The notes below the pieces were generated by a model that was not told the DNA's origin, ran no database searches, and worked only from the letters and a program-made list of their open reading frames with translations. Source: a bacterium (lineage in GTDB: Bacteria; Fidelibacterota; Fidelibacteria; Fidelibacterales; Fidelibacteraceae). From it: a stretch of 64,000 nucleotides of DNA. The DNA lies in the NCBI GenBank assembly GCA_963676395.1, contig OY781066.1, positions 672,001 through 736,000 on the forward strand. Direction: 5' to 3'. Every line of letters starts with the position of its first letter. Position 1 is the stretch's first letter. The position numbers were made by a program, and so were the translations under genes. Positions 22,123-31,204 of the stretch are shown in pieces.

Positions 22123-24246
22123 ATGAAAAAATTACTTACAATCCTTATACTCTTTGTCTCCATTGCCTTTGCGAAAGCCCCGGTTTTTGCGGTAGTCGTT
22201 GATGAAACAACATATAATAATGCCGGCACTTCAATAGATAACTACTGCTTGGCACTCGAAGAAGAAGACGGCTTTAAGGTCGAACTCCTTTCTAAAACCT
22301 GGGATAATCCCGAAGCGGTTAAAAGCGCCCTGCTTGAATTGGGCGAGATCGAAGGTGCTGTTTTTATTGGCGATATCCCTATTGCCATGGTTCAAGATGC
22401 ACAGCATATGACCTCAGCTTTTAAGATCGATCAAAATCGCTTTAAGGATCTCCGGCGCATTTCTGTTGCAACAGATCGTTTTTATGATGATCCTGACTTA
22501 GTTTTTGATTTTATCAAACAAGATGAAGATAATCCGCTGATTTTCTACTATTCACTAACCGAAGATTCTCCCCAAAAAGTTGAAAAAGATTTTTACAGCG
22601 GTCGTATTTTCCCTCCGGTCAATTTTGACAACAGATATGAGTTGATCGCAAAGTATCTGGATCGCGTGGCAAAACAAAAACGTCATCCGGAAGCATTGGA
22701 CAACATGATGACCTATACCGGTCACGGCTATCATTCCGAAGCTCTTAATGCTTGGGAAAATCATACATTAATGTTAGAAGAGCAGTTCCCCGATCTGTTC
22801 AAACCCGGTGCTTCAATCAAGAATTATGAACATACCATGTCTCGGAATATGAAAGATATCATTATGCGTGAACTTCAGGTCCCGGAATTGGATATGGTCA
22901 TCTTTCATGCGCATGGCGGTGACGACGTCCAATATCTCACGGGATATCCCGAAGCCTCAAATGCAAGGGAAAATATCGAAGAAGTAAAGCGCTTCGTCCG
23001 TAGCAAACTCCGTTCAGCCAAACGACGTGGAAATCTTGAGGAAGCAAAAGAATATTACATCAATAATTACGATATCCCCGAACATTGGGTTGACGATGCA
23101 TTCGACCCCGAACGCATTCTGGAAGATTCACTCTATGAAGCAAAGATCGATCTTTGGTCGGAGGATGTGAAAACCATGAAAACACAGGCTGAGGTTTTTG
23201 TGTTCGACGAATGTTTTAACGGCCAGTTCTTTATGCCGAATTATATTTCGGGAACTCATCTTTTTGGTGAAGGAACGGTTGTTGCCGGTATTGCAAATAC
23301 AGTCAATGTTCTGCAAGATATCTGGGCAAATGAATTGATCGGAATGCTGGGACAAGGCATGACGGTTGGCGACTGGCATTTAACCCGCTCTTATCTTGAA
23401 TCACATATCATCGGTGATCCGACCTTTCATTTTAAAGGAGATAATCCCGATGCCATTGATATGCCTTATAAAAAGCTGCTGCGTTCCAAGATCGTCAGTT
23501 TACGAGTCCTGGGTGTCTACAAAATGACAAAAGAATTGGGAGAAAATGCCGAAGAAAAGCTGATTAAACTATACAATGAAGACCCTTCACGCAATGTTAG
23601 GCTGGAAGCACTGAAATCATTGGCGAGCTTGCGTACACCGGCTTTCAGAGAACTGCTAAAAACCAGTATCTACGATCCCAATGAATTGATCCGGCGTGTC
23701 ACAGCCAACTGGATGGGACATATCGGAGATAAGGATTATATCCCTCTTCTGACAGATCGATGGGCAAAAGATATTTCGCAGCGTGTAACGTTCGCAGCAA
23801 AATCCTCACTGGAACTACTGTTTGCACATCCTTGTGCCGATGATTTCCTACAGGAGATCGCTGAAGACAACGGTTTGGATACAGCACGGGTCAATTACCG
23901 CTACGAACGAGCCCAAAAATGGCTGTATGATGAGATACTACCGACGATCACGGATACAAGCCTGACGGCTAAAAAACGTATGAGTAAGATCAGGACATTC
24001 AGGAATTATAACTTTACTCCCGGCGTTAAAACGCTTATTGAGATCGCCCTGGATGAAACCGATGATCCGATCGTTCGTACCGGTGCAATCGAAGCGATGG
24101 GTTGGTTCACCATGAATCCGAATTACAAAGAACTTATGTTAATATTACAACCGTTGACCACATCGGACATTCCAAGCGTTAAAGCTGAAGCGATCAAGAC
24201 GATCAAACGACTGGAAGCGGGACCGAATCTTGTGATCACACCGTAA
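22123..24246 (+). CDS. Secreted peptidase C25 (gingipain-like) domain plus HEAT-repeat protein
   Basis: AVFIGDIP, YTGHG/FHAHG, FDECFNG and IIGDP motifs; C-terminal VRLEALKSL/VRTGAIEAMG HEAT repeats. Confidence 0.72.
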   Translation: MKKLLTILILFVSIAFAKAPVFAVVVDETTYNNAGTSIDNYCLALEEEDGFKVELLSKTWDNPEAVKSALLELGEIEGAVFIGDIPIAMVQDAQHMTSAFKIDQNRFKDLRRISVATDRFYDDPDLVFDFIKQDEDNPLIFYYSLTEDSPQKVEKDFYSGRIFPPVNFDNRYELIAKYLDRVAKQKRHPEALDNMMTYTGHGYHSEALNAWENHTLMLEEQFPDLFKPGASIKNYEHTMSRNMKDIIMRELQVPELDMVIFHAHGGDDVQYLTGYPEASNARENIEEVKRFVRSKLRSAKRRGNLEEAKEYYINNYDIPEHWVDDAFDPERILEDSLYEAKIDLWSEDVKTMKTQAEVFVFDECFNGQFFMPNYISGTHLFGEGTVVAGIANTVNVLQDIWANELIGMLGQGMTVGDWHLTRSYLESHIIGDPTFHFKGDNPDAIDMPYKKLLRSKIVSLRVLGVYKMTKELGENAEEKLIKLYNEDPSRNVRLEALKSLASLRTPAFRELLKTSIYDPNELIRRVTANWMGHIGDKDYIPLLTDRWAKDISQRVTFAAKSSLELLFAHPCADDFLQEIAEDNGLDTARVNYRYERAQKWLYDEILPTITDTSLTAKKRMSKIRTFRNYNFTPGVKTLIEIALDETDDPIVRTGAIEAMGWFTMNPNYKELMLILQPLTTSDIPSVKAEAIKTIKRLEAGPNLVITP

Positions 24247-24404
24247 TGCATCAATAAAATGGGAGGTGGCACGCTCATTACCAAGCAGCAGGATATTATA
24301 TCCAATCCCGCCTCGTTTGGCCTAATGAGTTTTGGTATACTTCACATTTGCCCTGTTAAGAAATAGAATATCCTGTTTGTAAAGGATATAAGACCAAATA
24401 AAGT

Positions 24405-24442
24405 AAAGGCTCGTCCCAACGCTTCGGGACGGGTCTTTTTTA
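24405..24442 (+). terminator. Stem-loop terminator
   Basis: ggctcgtccc-aacgcttc-gggacgggtc followed by a T-run. Confidence 0.55.
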
Positions 24443-24553
24443 TTAACTTAGAAAGTGATTCAGACATTATCCTTTCAATTGTATTGAAAGTTCCATCCGG
24501 TCCTCGTAAATTAATTCAATACAATTGACTTAATTTTATACAGGATTCACATC

Positions 24554-25333
24554 ATGACATTGAAACGTACCCACATTCTTGCCCTTATCATGCTATTCGG
24601 ACTATTGTCTTGTGATCGCAACCATACGGAAAGCAATTGGGAAAATTCATTTCAGAACCATCATGTCAAAGGGACCTTTGTTCTAAAGGATCTCGGGACC
24701 GGCAAAACGCTTGTTTATAACAAAAAAAGAAGCCATCAGGCATTCGTTCCGGCATCAACCTTCAAAATACTGAATTCCATGATCGCACTGCAGACGTCTT
24801 CCATTGAAAGCGTTGATGACACCATCAAATGGGACGGTGTAGACAGAGGCTATGTACTCTGGAACAAAGACCATACCATGCGGACGGCATTCCCCGTATC
24901 ATGTGTTTGGTTTTATCAGGAGTTAGCCAGACGAACCGGTAAGAAACAAATGCAGAAATGGGTTAGCGATTCGAACTACGGTAATATGAGCATAGGGCCT
25001 CAGATCGACAGATTCTGGCTTGACGGAGATTTAAGGATCTCAGCACAAGAACAAATCAGTTTTATAGAAAAACTCATTAAAAACGAATTGCCTTTTAATA
25101 AGACTATTCAAGAAACCGTCAAAAGCATCATGATCAACGATGCCACCGACCAATATGTCGTTCATGCAAAGACAGGATGGAGCCAGGGTATCGGTTGGTA
25201 TGTCGGATATATCGAGAGTAATAATAACACTTGGATATTTTCACTGAATATTGATATGGAAAATATCAATCAAGCGGTGATCAGAAAACTGCTGACTTAC
25301 GATATTTTAAAAGAACAAAATATCATCGAGTAA
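24554..25333 (+). CDS. blaOXA: Class D (OXA-type) beta-lactamase, predicted lipoprotein
   Basis: PASTFK, SCV (SxV), YGN, FWLDG and KTG motifs; lipobox LLSC. Confidence 0.9.
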   Translation: MTLKRTHILALIMLFGLLSCDRNHTESNWENSFQNHHVKGTFVLKDLGTGKTLVYNKKRSHQAFVPASTFKILNSMIALQTSSIESVDDTIKWDGVDRGYVLWNKDHTMRTAFPVSCVWFYQELARRTGKKQMQKWVSDSNYGNMSIGPQIDRFWLDGDLRISAQEQISFIEKLIKNELPFNKTIQETVKSIMINDATDQYVVHAKTGWSQGIGWYVGYIESNNNTWIFSLNIDMENINQAVIRKLLTYDILKEQNIIE

Positions 25334-25482
25334 ACGTGACCATCGTAGAAATTTGAGAGATCGAGCCTTTTATTATCAATTGAAAAATACCCCGTTCAAT
25401 AAAAAAGATTTTGACATGACAAATTTGTAAAGTGTATTTGTCATATTGAACAACTTACTTTACATTTAAGAGGTGTGTAATA

Positions 25483-25899
25483 ATGAGCATAATGAAAATG
25501 GATAAAAATCAACATGATCTAGTCTTACTGCCAAGACTATTCAATAAAGTTGCTTTGGGAATTTTGATCCTTAGTATTCTGTTTGCAACTTTAGCAATTT
25601 TATCAATTATAAATATTGATATGGCAGTTATGAAAACGATTGTTGCAACAGGAATTTTAGTATCACTGTTAATATTTGCTTTGACAAAAGATAAAGTCGA
25701 AGATGAACTCTTATTAAGGATCCGGCTTAAAGCTTTTGCCGGCTCATTTATATTTGGGGTTTTATACGTACTCATTGATCCGTTCATCAATTTACTTTTC
25801 GATCATGATTTCTCATCCGATTTAGGTTTAACAAGAATATTGATTACCATGTTTTTATTTTATTTCATGAGCTTTTATTCAATGAAAAAGAAACGTTAA
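25483..25899 (+). CDS. Small 4-TM membrane protein
   Basis: Hydrophobic helices with a K..DE....R motif; translationally coupled to the HTH gene. Confidence 0.6.
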   Translation: MSIMKMDKNQHDLVLLPRLFNKVALGILILSILFATLAILSIINIDMAVMKTIVATGILVSLLIFALTKDKVEDELLLRIRLKAFAGSFIFGVLYVLIDPFINLLFDHDFSSDLGLTRILITMFLFYFMSFYSMKKKR

Positions 25900-26099
25900 T
25901 GAAAAATTCGATCAAAATACAAAGAGTCATTAAAGATTTAACACAGGAAGACTTGGCAAATAAAATCGGTGTTTCAAGACAAACTATTAATTCTATCGAA
26001 AACAACCGATATATCCCCTCGACAGCGCTTGCGCTGAAAATATCAGCTATATTCGATAAAAATGTCAATGAACTGTTTGAGTTAGAAAAAGATGATTAA
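25899..26099 (+). CDS. XRE/Cro-family HTH transcriptional regulator
   Basis: LTQEDLANKIGVSRQTINSIENNRYIPS. Confidence 0.92.
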   Translation: MKNSIKIQRVIKDLTQEDLANKIGVSRQTINSIENNRYIPSTALALKISAIFDKNVNELFELEKDD

Positions 26100-26168
26100 A
26101 TCCGAAGCATAGTCTTTATTATGTATAAAACTGTAAAGGCCCGAGGGATCGAGCCTTTTTTTATTTCC

Positions 26169-26240
26169 ATTCACCGGATCACTGTTCACGACTGTTCACC
26201 GTTTACTGTTTACTGTTCACCGTTTACTATTCACCGTTTA
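26169..26240. repeat. Degenerate heptamer tandem repeat
   Basis: Successive units such as GTTCACG/GTTCACC/GTTTACT/ATTCACC. Confidence 0.6.
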
Positions 26241-26400
26241 CTCTTCTTCCATAAACGGATATTCATAGGCCTGGGCGGATTGAAATTCTCCTTCACCGTC
26301 CGGAACCGATACCCAGCGCATCAGATTCATAGATGAACCGGCTTTGTCGTTCGTACCGGAAGCTCTGGCACCACCAAATGGCTGTTGACCCTCCACAGCG
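26238..26400 (-). pseudogene. Diverged duplicate of the 3'-terminal 163 bp of pruA
   Basis: Aligns with 27733-27895 (GQQPFGGARASGTNDKAGSSMNLMRWVS...YEYPFMEEE) with substitutions and compensating 1-bp indels. Confidence 0.9.
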
Positions 26401-26460
26401 AAAGAGTCCTTTTGTTGTATTAGTTTTTTAACCATATTCAATTTAGATTGTGCATTCTCT

Positions 26461-26889
26461 TTAAAAATTTAATAATGAATCCGATATTCTAAAAAAATAT
26501 GTTACAACATTTTCATCCATAAATGTAATAGACCAATTATCTAAATCCCAAAATTCTGGAATATATTTTTCATTCCAAACACTGCCATCTCTTATAAATA
26601 CAGAAAAACTATCTATTTCACTGTTAAACTTATCTTGAGAAAATACCACAGGTGAATCTTCATCTAATGAAGTTCTGTAAAAACAGACAAAATCATCAGT
26701 GTTATTTATAGTTACACCATCTGGCATAAGTATCTTGTCAACTGTACCAAATTCTGATCCTCCGACAAACACTCTAATACAAACATCACTTTGATTGCTA
26801 ACATACATTTGATGTTCTGATTGTTGTGTGTAGCAAGAATAAATTAAAGCACTAAATATTACTATAAAAAACAGCCCTATTTTTCTCAT
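26461..26889 (-). CDS. Hypothetical lipoprotein (AT-rich islet)
   Basis: Lipobox-like LIYSC after a hydrophobic stretch. Confidence 0.6.
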   Translation of the reverse strand: MRKIGLFFIVIFSALIYSCYTQQSEHQMYVSNQSDVCIRVFVGGSEFGTVDKILMPDGVTINNTDDFVCFYRTSLDEDSPVVFSQDKFNSEIDSFSVFIRDGSVWNEKYIPEFWDLDNWSITFMDENVVTYFFRISDSLLNF

Positions 26890-27230
26890 TATCTTTCATC
26901 CTCATATGCAACATCTGGGTACAAATCAATTAATCTACTCTCAAGATATTCATCATAATTTAGAGAGTATTGATTAAATTGATCTAAATTATTTTCAAAT
27001 AACGAAATATTTGTTCTTCTATATTCATATTCACGTTGAATTGCATATAGTGCCATTGGTGAGAAATAAGGAATATCATTTAGTAATTCAATCTTTTTTA
27101 TATTCTCAATCTTGGGATTTCCATCATTAACGCTTGTATTATCTACCCCAACAAATTGACATCCAATGGCCCCAAATAGTAAAATAATCATAATAACATT
27201 ATGGAAAGTCTTCTTAATTATCTGTTTCAT
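26889..27230 (-). CDS. Hypothetical lipoprotein (AT-rich islet)
   Basis: Lipobox-like AIGC; stop overlaps the next start. Confidence 0.55.
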   Translation of the reverse strand: MKQIIKKTFHNVIMIILLFGAIGCQFVGVDNTSVNDGNPKIENIKKIELLNDIPYFSPMALYAIQREYEYRRTNISLFENNLDQFNQYSLNYDEYLESRLIDLYPDVAYEDER

Positions 27231-27732
27231 TTATACTCTCTTTTGTTCTTTTTTTGTTTTATACTTATATTTTACAAATTATTTATTTTTTTACAACAGT
27301 TTTCTATTATTTAAAAACGATATTTAGTTTACTGCTATATAAATTACACGAAAGCACTAGTCAATTCATTATGACAAAGAATTCATCTTAAAATATAAGT
27401 TTAATATGAACTAAAAATTTATAAACCCTCAACTTCAATTGCAAAAGGACAATTCACATCAAGAGAATCTATTATAACTATCATTTTAATCATAATGACT
27501 CATAAATAGGCTTCTCCCTCCTTCGCACAAGGTTTCGGAGGATAGAACATTATTTATATAAAAATAGAACCCATTTCTGAGTCCTTTTTATTCTGTTTAT
27601 TCAGCCTAATCATCCAGTAATTGTGTCAGAAAAACAACATCTTGTAAATCATATTATCCTGTCAAAAAATATCCTGTCGTTTTCTCGACCAGCCAGCAGA
27701 CCTTCATGATATTCAGGCGCCAGCTGGCAGGT

Positions 27733-29367
27733 CTACTCTTCTTCCATAAACGGATATTCATAGGCCTTCGGCGGATTAAAGGTCTCTTTTACGGTTCGGA
27801 CCGATACCCAGCGCATCAGGTTCATGGAGGAACCGGCTTTGTCGTTCGTACCGGAAGCTCTGGCACCACCAAATGGCTGTTGACCCACTACAGCGCCTGT
27901 GGGTTTGTCGTTGATATAGAAGTTACCGGCTGCATTGACCAGTTTGTCTTTGGCAATAAGCACAGCTTCACGATCTTGAGCAAAAACAGCCCCTGTTAAA
28001 GCGTAAGGTGATGTTTCGTCAACTAATTTGAGTGTTGCTTCAAATTCATCAGCTTCATAAACATAGATCGTTAAAACCGGACCGAAGATCTCTTCTTCCA
28101 TGGTTTTGAATTTTGGATTGATGGTCACGATGGTCGTGGGTTCAATGAAGTAACCTTTCGACTTATCATAGCCACCGCCGGTGATGATCTCGGCGTCCTT
28201 GCTGTTCTTGGCATAGTCAATGTAACCGGCGATCTTATCGAAAGCGGATTCATCGATCACGGCTGTCATAAAATTAGAGAAGTCGAGTGGTGAACCCATC
28301 TTGATGGTTTTAACCATTTTCACATATTTCTCTTTAACTTCTTCCCAGATATTGTCGGGGATATAAACCCGGGATGCTGCCGAGCATTTCTGGCCCTGGA
28401 ACTCAAAGGCACCACGAACCATGGCCACCACCAACGCATCAACGTCGGCTGTTTTATGCGCAACAATAAAGTCCTTACCCCCTGTCTCACCTACGATACG
28501 TGGATAAGATCTGTAAGTAGAAATATTCTCACCGATGGTTTTCCATACATGCTGGAAGACTTCGGTGGAACCGGTAAAATGGATACCGGCAAAATCAGGG
28601 TGCTTAAATACGATGTCACCGATCTGAGCGCCACTTCCGGGCAGAAAGTTGATCACGCCATCAGGCAAACCGGCTTCTTTGAACAATTTCATTAAATAAT
28701 AGGCAGAGAACATCTGAGTTCTTGAGGGTTTCCAAACCACCGTATTACCCATAATAGCAGGCGATGTAGGCAGGTTGCCGGCAATGGAAGTAAAATTAAA
28801 AGGAGTCAGCGCAAAAACAAAGCCTTCAAGTGCGCGGTATTCCAATTGATTCCAAGTACCGATCGGGCTGTAATCCGGCTGGTTTTTATAAATCTCAGAC
28901 ATATAAAATGTATTAAAGTTGAAAAAATCGATCAATTCACAGGCAGCATCAATCTCTGCCTGATAAATGGTTTTACTCTGTCCCAGCATTGTTGAAGCAT
29001 TTAATAAATCGCCATAGGGTTTGGCAAGCAAAACAGCCATTTTCTTAAAAATAGCTGCGCGTGATTCAGCCGGCATTTTTGACCAGGTCTTGCGAGCTTC
29101 CAAGGCGGCATCAATCGCCATCTTGATCTCTTTTTCTCCGGCCATATGGTAAGTTGCCAGTACATGTTGATGATCGTGAGGACATACGACCTTAGCAGTT
29201 TTACCTGTATATATTTCTTTTCCACCGATGATCACGGGGATCTCGATCTCTGTTTTTAACATATCATCCAAGACCTTCTTGACGCTTTCCCTTTCGGCTG
29301 AGCCGGGGGCATAGGTCAAGACACGTTCATTCTCTGCATGGGGAATTTTATAGAGCGCATTGATCAT
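27733..29367 (-). CDS. pruA: L-glutamate gamma-semialdehyde (P5C) dehydrogenase
   Basis: PFNFT, FTGS, GETGGK, FEFQGQKCSA, EEIFGP and QQPFGGARASGTNDKAG motifs. Confidence 0.96.
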   Translation of the reverse strand: MINALYKIPHAENERVLTYAPGSAERESVKKVLDDMLKTEIEIPVIIGGKEIYTGKTAKVVCPHDHQHVLATYHMAGEKEIKMAIDAALEARKTWSKMPAESRAAIFKKMAVLLAKPYGDLLNASTMLGQSKTIYQAEIDAACELIDFFNFNTFYMSEIYKNQPDYSPIGTWNQLEYRALEGFVFALTPFNFTSIAGNLPTSPAIMGNTVVWKPSRTQMFSAYYLMKLFKEAGLPDGVINFLPGSGAQIGDIVFKHPDFAGIHFTGSTEVFQHVWKTIGENISTYRSYPRIVGETGGKDFIVAHKTADVDALVVAMVRGAFEFQGQKCSAASRVYIPDNIWEEVKEKYVKMVKTIKMGSPLDFSNFMTAVIDESAFDKIAGYIDYAKNSKDAEIITGGGYDKSKGYFIEPTTIVTINPKFKTMEEEIFGPVLTIYVYEADEFEATLKLVDETSPYALTGAVFAQDREAVLIAKDKLVNAAGNFYINDKPTGAVVGQQPFGGARASGTNDKAGSSMNLMRWVSVRTVKETFNPPKAYEYPFMEEE

Positions 29368-30039
29368 TTCTTTGTCTCCTGTTTTTGGACCAAACTATTG
29401 AGTAAATAACGAAATGAGTTTAGGAATTATTTAGACAAATTTCAAGAAAAACACCCTCAAAAGAACAAAATTTGACAAATTGTTGTTTCTTGCGTATATA
29501 GTTGTAAACTGCGTATGATTATTCGCCGGACGCCAGAGTATGCATGACTTTTTGATAGTAAAATGCTAATTTTTCCTATTCTATCCAATGAAATAATTGG
29601 TGGTATACATAGAATTTAGATTACAGAACGTAATTAAATTAAAAGTTGAACTTCATATTAAGGGACCGCCTCAGCTCCAACGCGTTAAAGAAATTCAATG
29701 AGAGAGGGTTAAAAAACGTGGGGCGAACCCCGAAACATCGGTGTGAGACTATTCCACATTTTACCGAGGGAAGAAAATTTTAGTCCCCCAGCTGGCGAAT
29801 ACAGCAGCGAGTTTCTTTTGTTTCTTTTCTTTGACAAGCAAAGAAAAGAAAGATATTAAAAAAAAGATCACCCCATCGACTTCGCTCAGAATTGTTTTCA
29901 TGTAGATATTTAATACCCCGGGGTTCACCTGGGGAAATATTGATTATCTCCTCGACCTTACACACTAATATCTCTCTAATAGCAAAAGAGATGACTCTCG
30001 TCATCTCTCACGCATATATATGTAAACTGTGTGTGTGCT

Positions 30040-30333
30040 TTATTCACCGGATGCAAGGGAATGAACAACTTTTTGATAGTAAAAGTCTCCCTTTTCCCTG
30101 ATCCATTCGATCGCTTGTTTAACGGTATTCACCGTATTGGGAATATATTCGTGAATTATTATTTCAAGGATATTCGATTCAAAAATATTTTCGCTAAGAA
30201 GATTGATCAAATAAAGAATGATGTTACCATTGCTAGAATCAAATTTGCCTGCCGGCTGTACTGTAACTTCTGCCTGATTTTGGTTCCATCGGTAGTCATC
30301 GTGGTAGATCATATCGTTTCTGTCGTAGCTCAT
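30040..30333 (-). CDS. Small hypothetical protein
   Basis: ORF with GGAG upstream, downstream of hsp20; no family recognised. Confidence 0.55.
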   Translation of the reverse strand: MSYDRNDMIYHDDYRWNQNQAEVTVQPAGKFDSSNGNIILYLINLLSENIFESNILEIIIHEYIPNTVNTVKQAIEWIREKGDFYYQKVVHSLASGE

Positions 30334-30361
30334 GTTTAACTGTCTCCGTCCGAGGTTAAGA

Positions 30362-30390
30362 GAAAACCCCGCTTTGGGCGAGCGGGGTTA
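30362..30390 (-). terminator. Stem-loop after hsp20
   Basis: aaccccgct...agcggggtt inverted repeat with adjacent A-run. Confidence 0.6.
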
Positions 30391-30416
30391 CGGGGTAAGG
30401 AAGGGATTATGAAATG

Positions 30417-30842
30417 TTAGTTAATCTCAATTTTTCGTGGTTTTGCAAGTTCTGTTTTAGGGATCTCGACGGTGAGAACACCTTCGTCCCAATGTCCCTT
30501 AATGGCTTCCACATCAACATTCGAGGGAAGTTTAAAGGAGCGTGAGAACTTACCGTAGCTGATCTCATTCAGGTAGTAAGAGGCTTCTTTTTTGCGAACT
30601 CTTTCTTTCTTTTCGCCTGAGAGAGTGATCACGTTGTCTTTTACTGAGATTTCAATGTCCTTTTTCTTCATGCCGGGAGCCTCTACATATAAGCGAAAAT
30701 CATTTTCACTTTCTTCAACTTCCATACGAGGACTCCAGTCGCCTGAAGCATAGCTTCCGGTTGAAGCAAAAAAGTTGTCAAAGATGCTGTCGAAATAATG
30801 ATCGACTGTGGGGGCTGAGTAATTACGTTTTACGAGGTACAT
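30417..30842 (-). CDS. Hsp20/alpha-crystallin small heat-shock protein
   Basis: APGMKKKDIEI, YGKFSRSFKLP and GVLTVEIPK motifs; AGGAG RBS. Confidence 0.95.
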   Translation of the reverse strand: MYLVKRNYSAPTVDHYFDSIFDNFFASTGSYASGDWSPRMEVEESENDFRLYVEAPGMKKKDIEISVKDNVITLSGEKKERVRKKEASYYLNEISYGKFSRSFKLPSNVDVEAIKGHWDEGVLTVEIPKTELAKPRKIEIN

Positions 30843-30942
30843 TGTATGTCTCCTTTCATGCTCTATTAAGCTTTCTTTATTTCTTTTCTATCGCCGGTTC
30901 TTGTTTTTCTGTACCGGTCATGTCAAATCTCACCTTTCATGA

Positions 30943-30959
30943 TGCCAAAACCATGCCAA
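30943..30959 (-). promoter_or_regulatory. Possible sigma54-type (-24/-12) promoter or regulatory box for hsp20
   Basis: Minus strand TTGGCATGGTTTTGGCA has GG-N10-GC spacing, about 100 bp upstream of the ATG. Confidence 0.4.
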
Positions 30960-31204
30960 AACTATTTCTCTGCCAAAGCGTCTGTAATTTTGTCACACTT
31001 TTCCCAAGAATGGCGATTTATCTGTCATATTGACATTTTAGACAAAGCATTTTCAAAATATTCTATATGTTTGGGTATGAATTAAATTCTGATCGACCGC
31101 AATCTCGGCTCTATATATCCGTAATATTTAGATAATATTTGATAAACAAAAATGGGCGGACACTTAGGTCCGCCCCAACATCAGTTCATTATTAATTGTA
31201 AAAA

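Noticed and set aside
24554..26099. blaOXA and neighbours as integron cassettes
   Set aside because: No ACT-N6-AAC/GTT-N6-AAT ends or att-like palindromes found around them
26238..26441. 67-aa ORF as a real gene
   Set aside because: It is the duplicated pruA tail with an incidental upstream start
26238..27895. pruA repeat pair as a diversity-generating retroelement TR/VR
   Set aside because: Differences are not adenine-specific, include indels, and no reverse transcriptase is present
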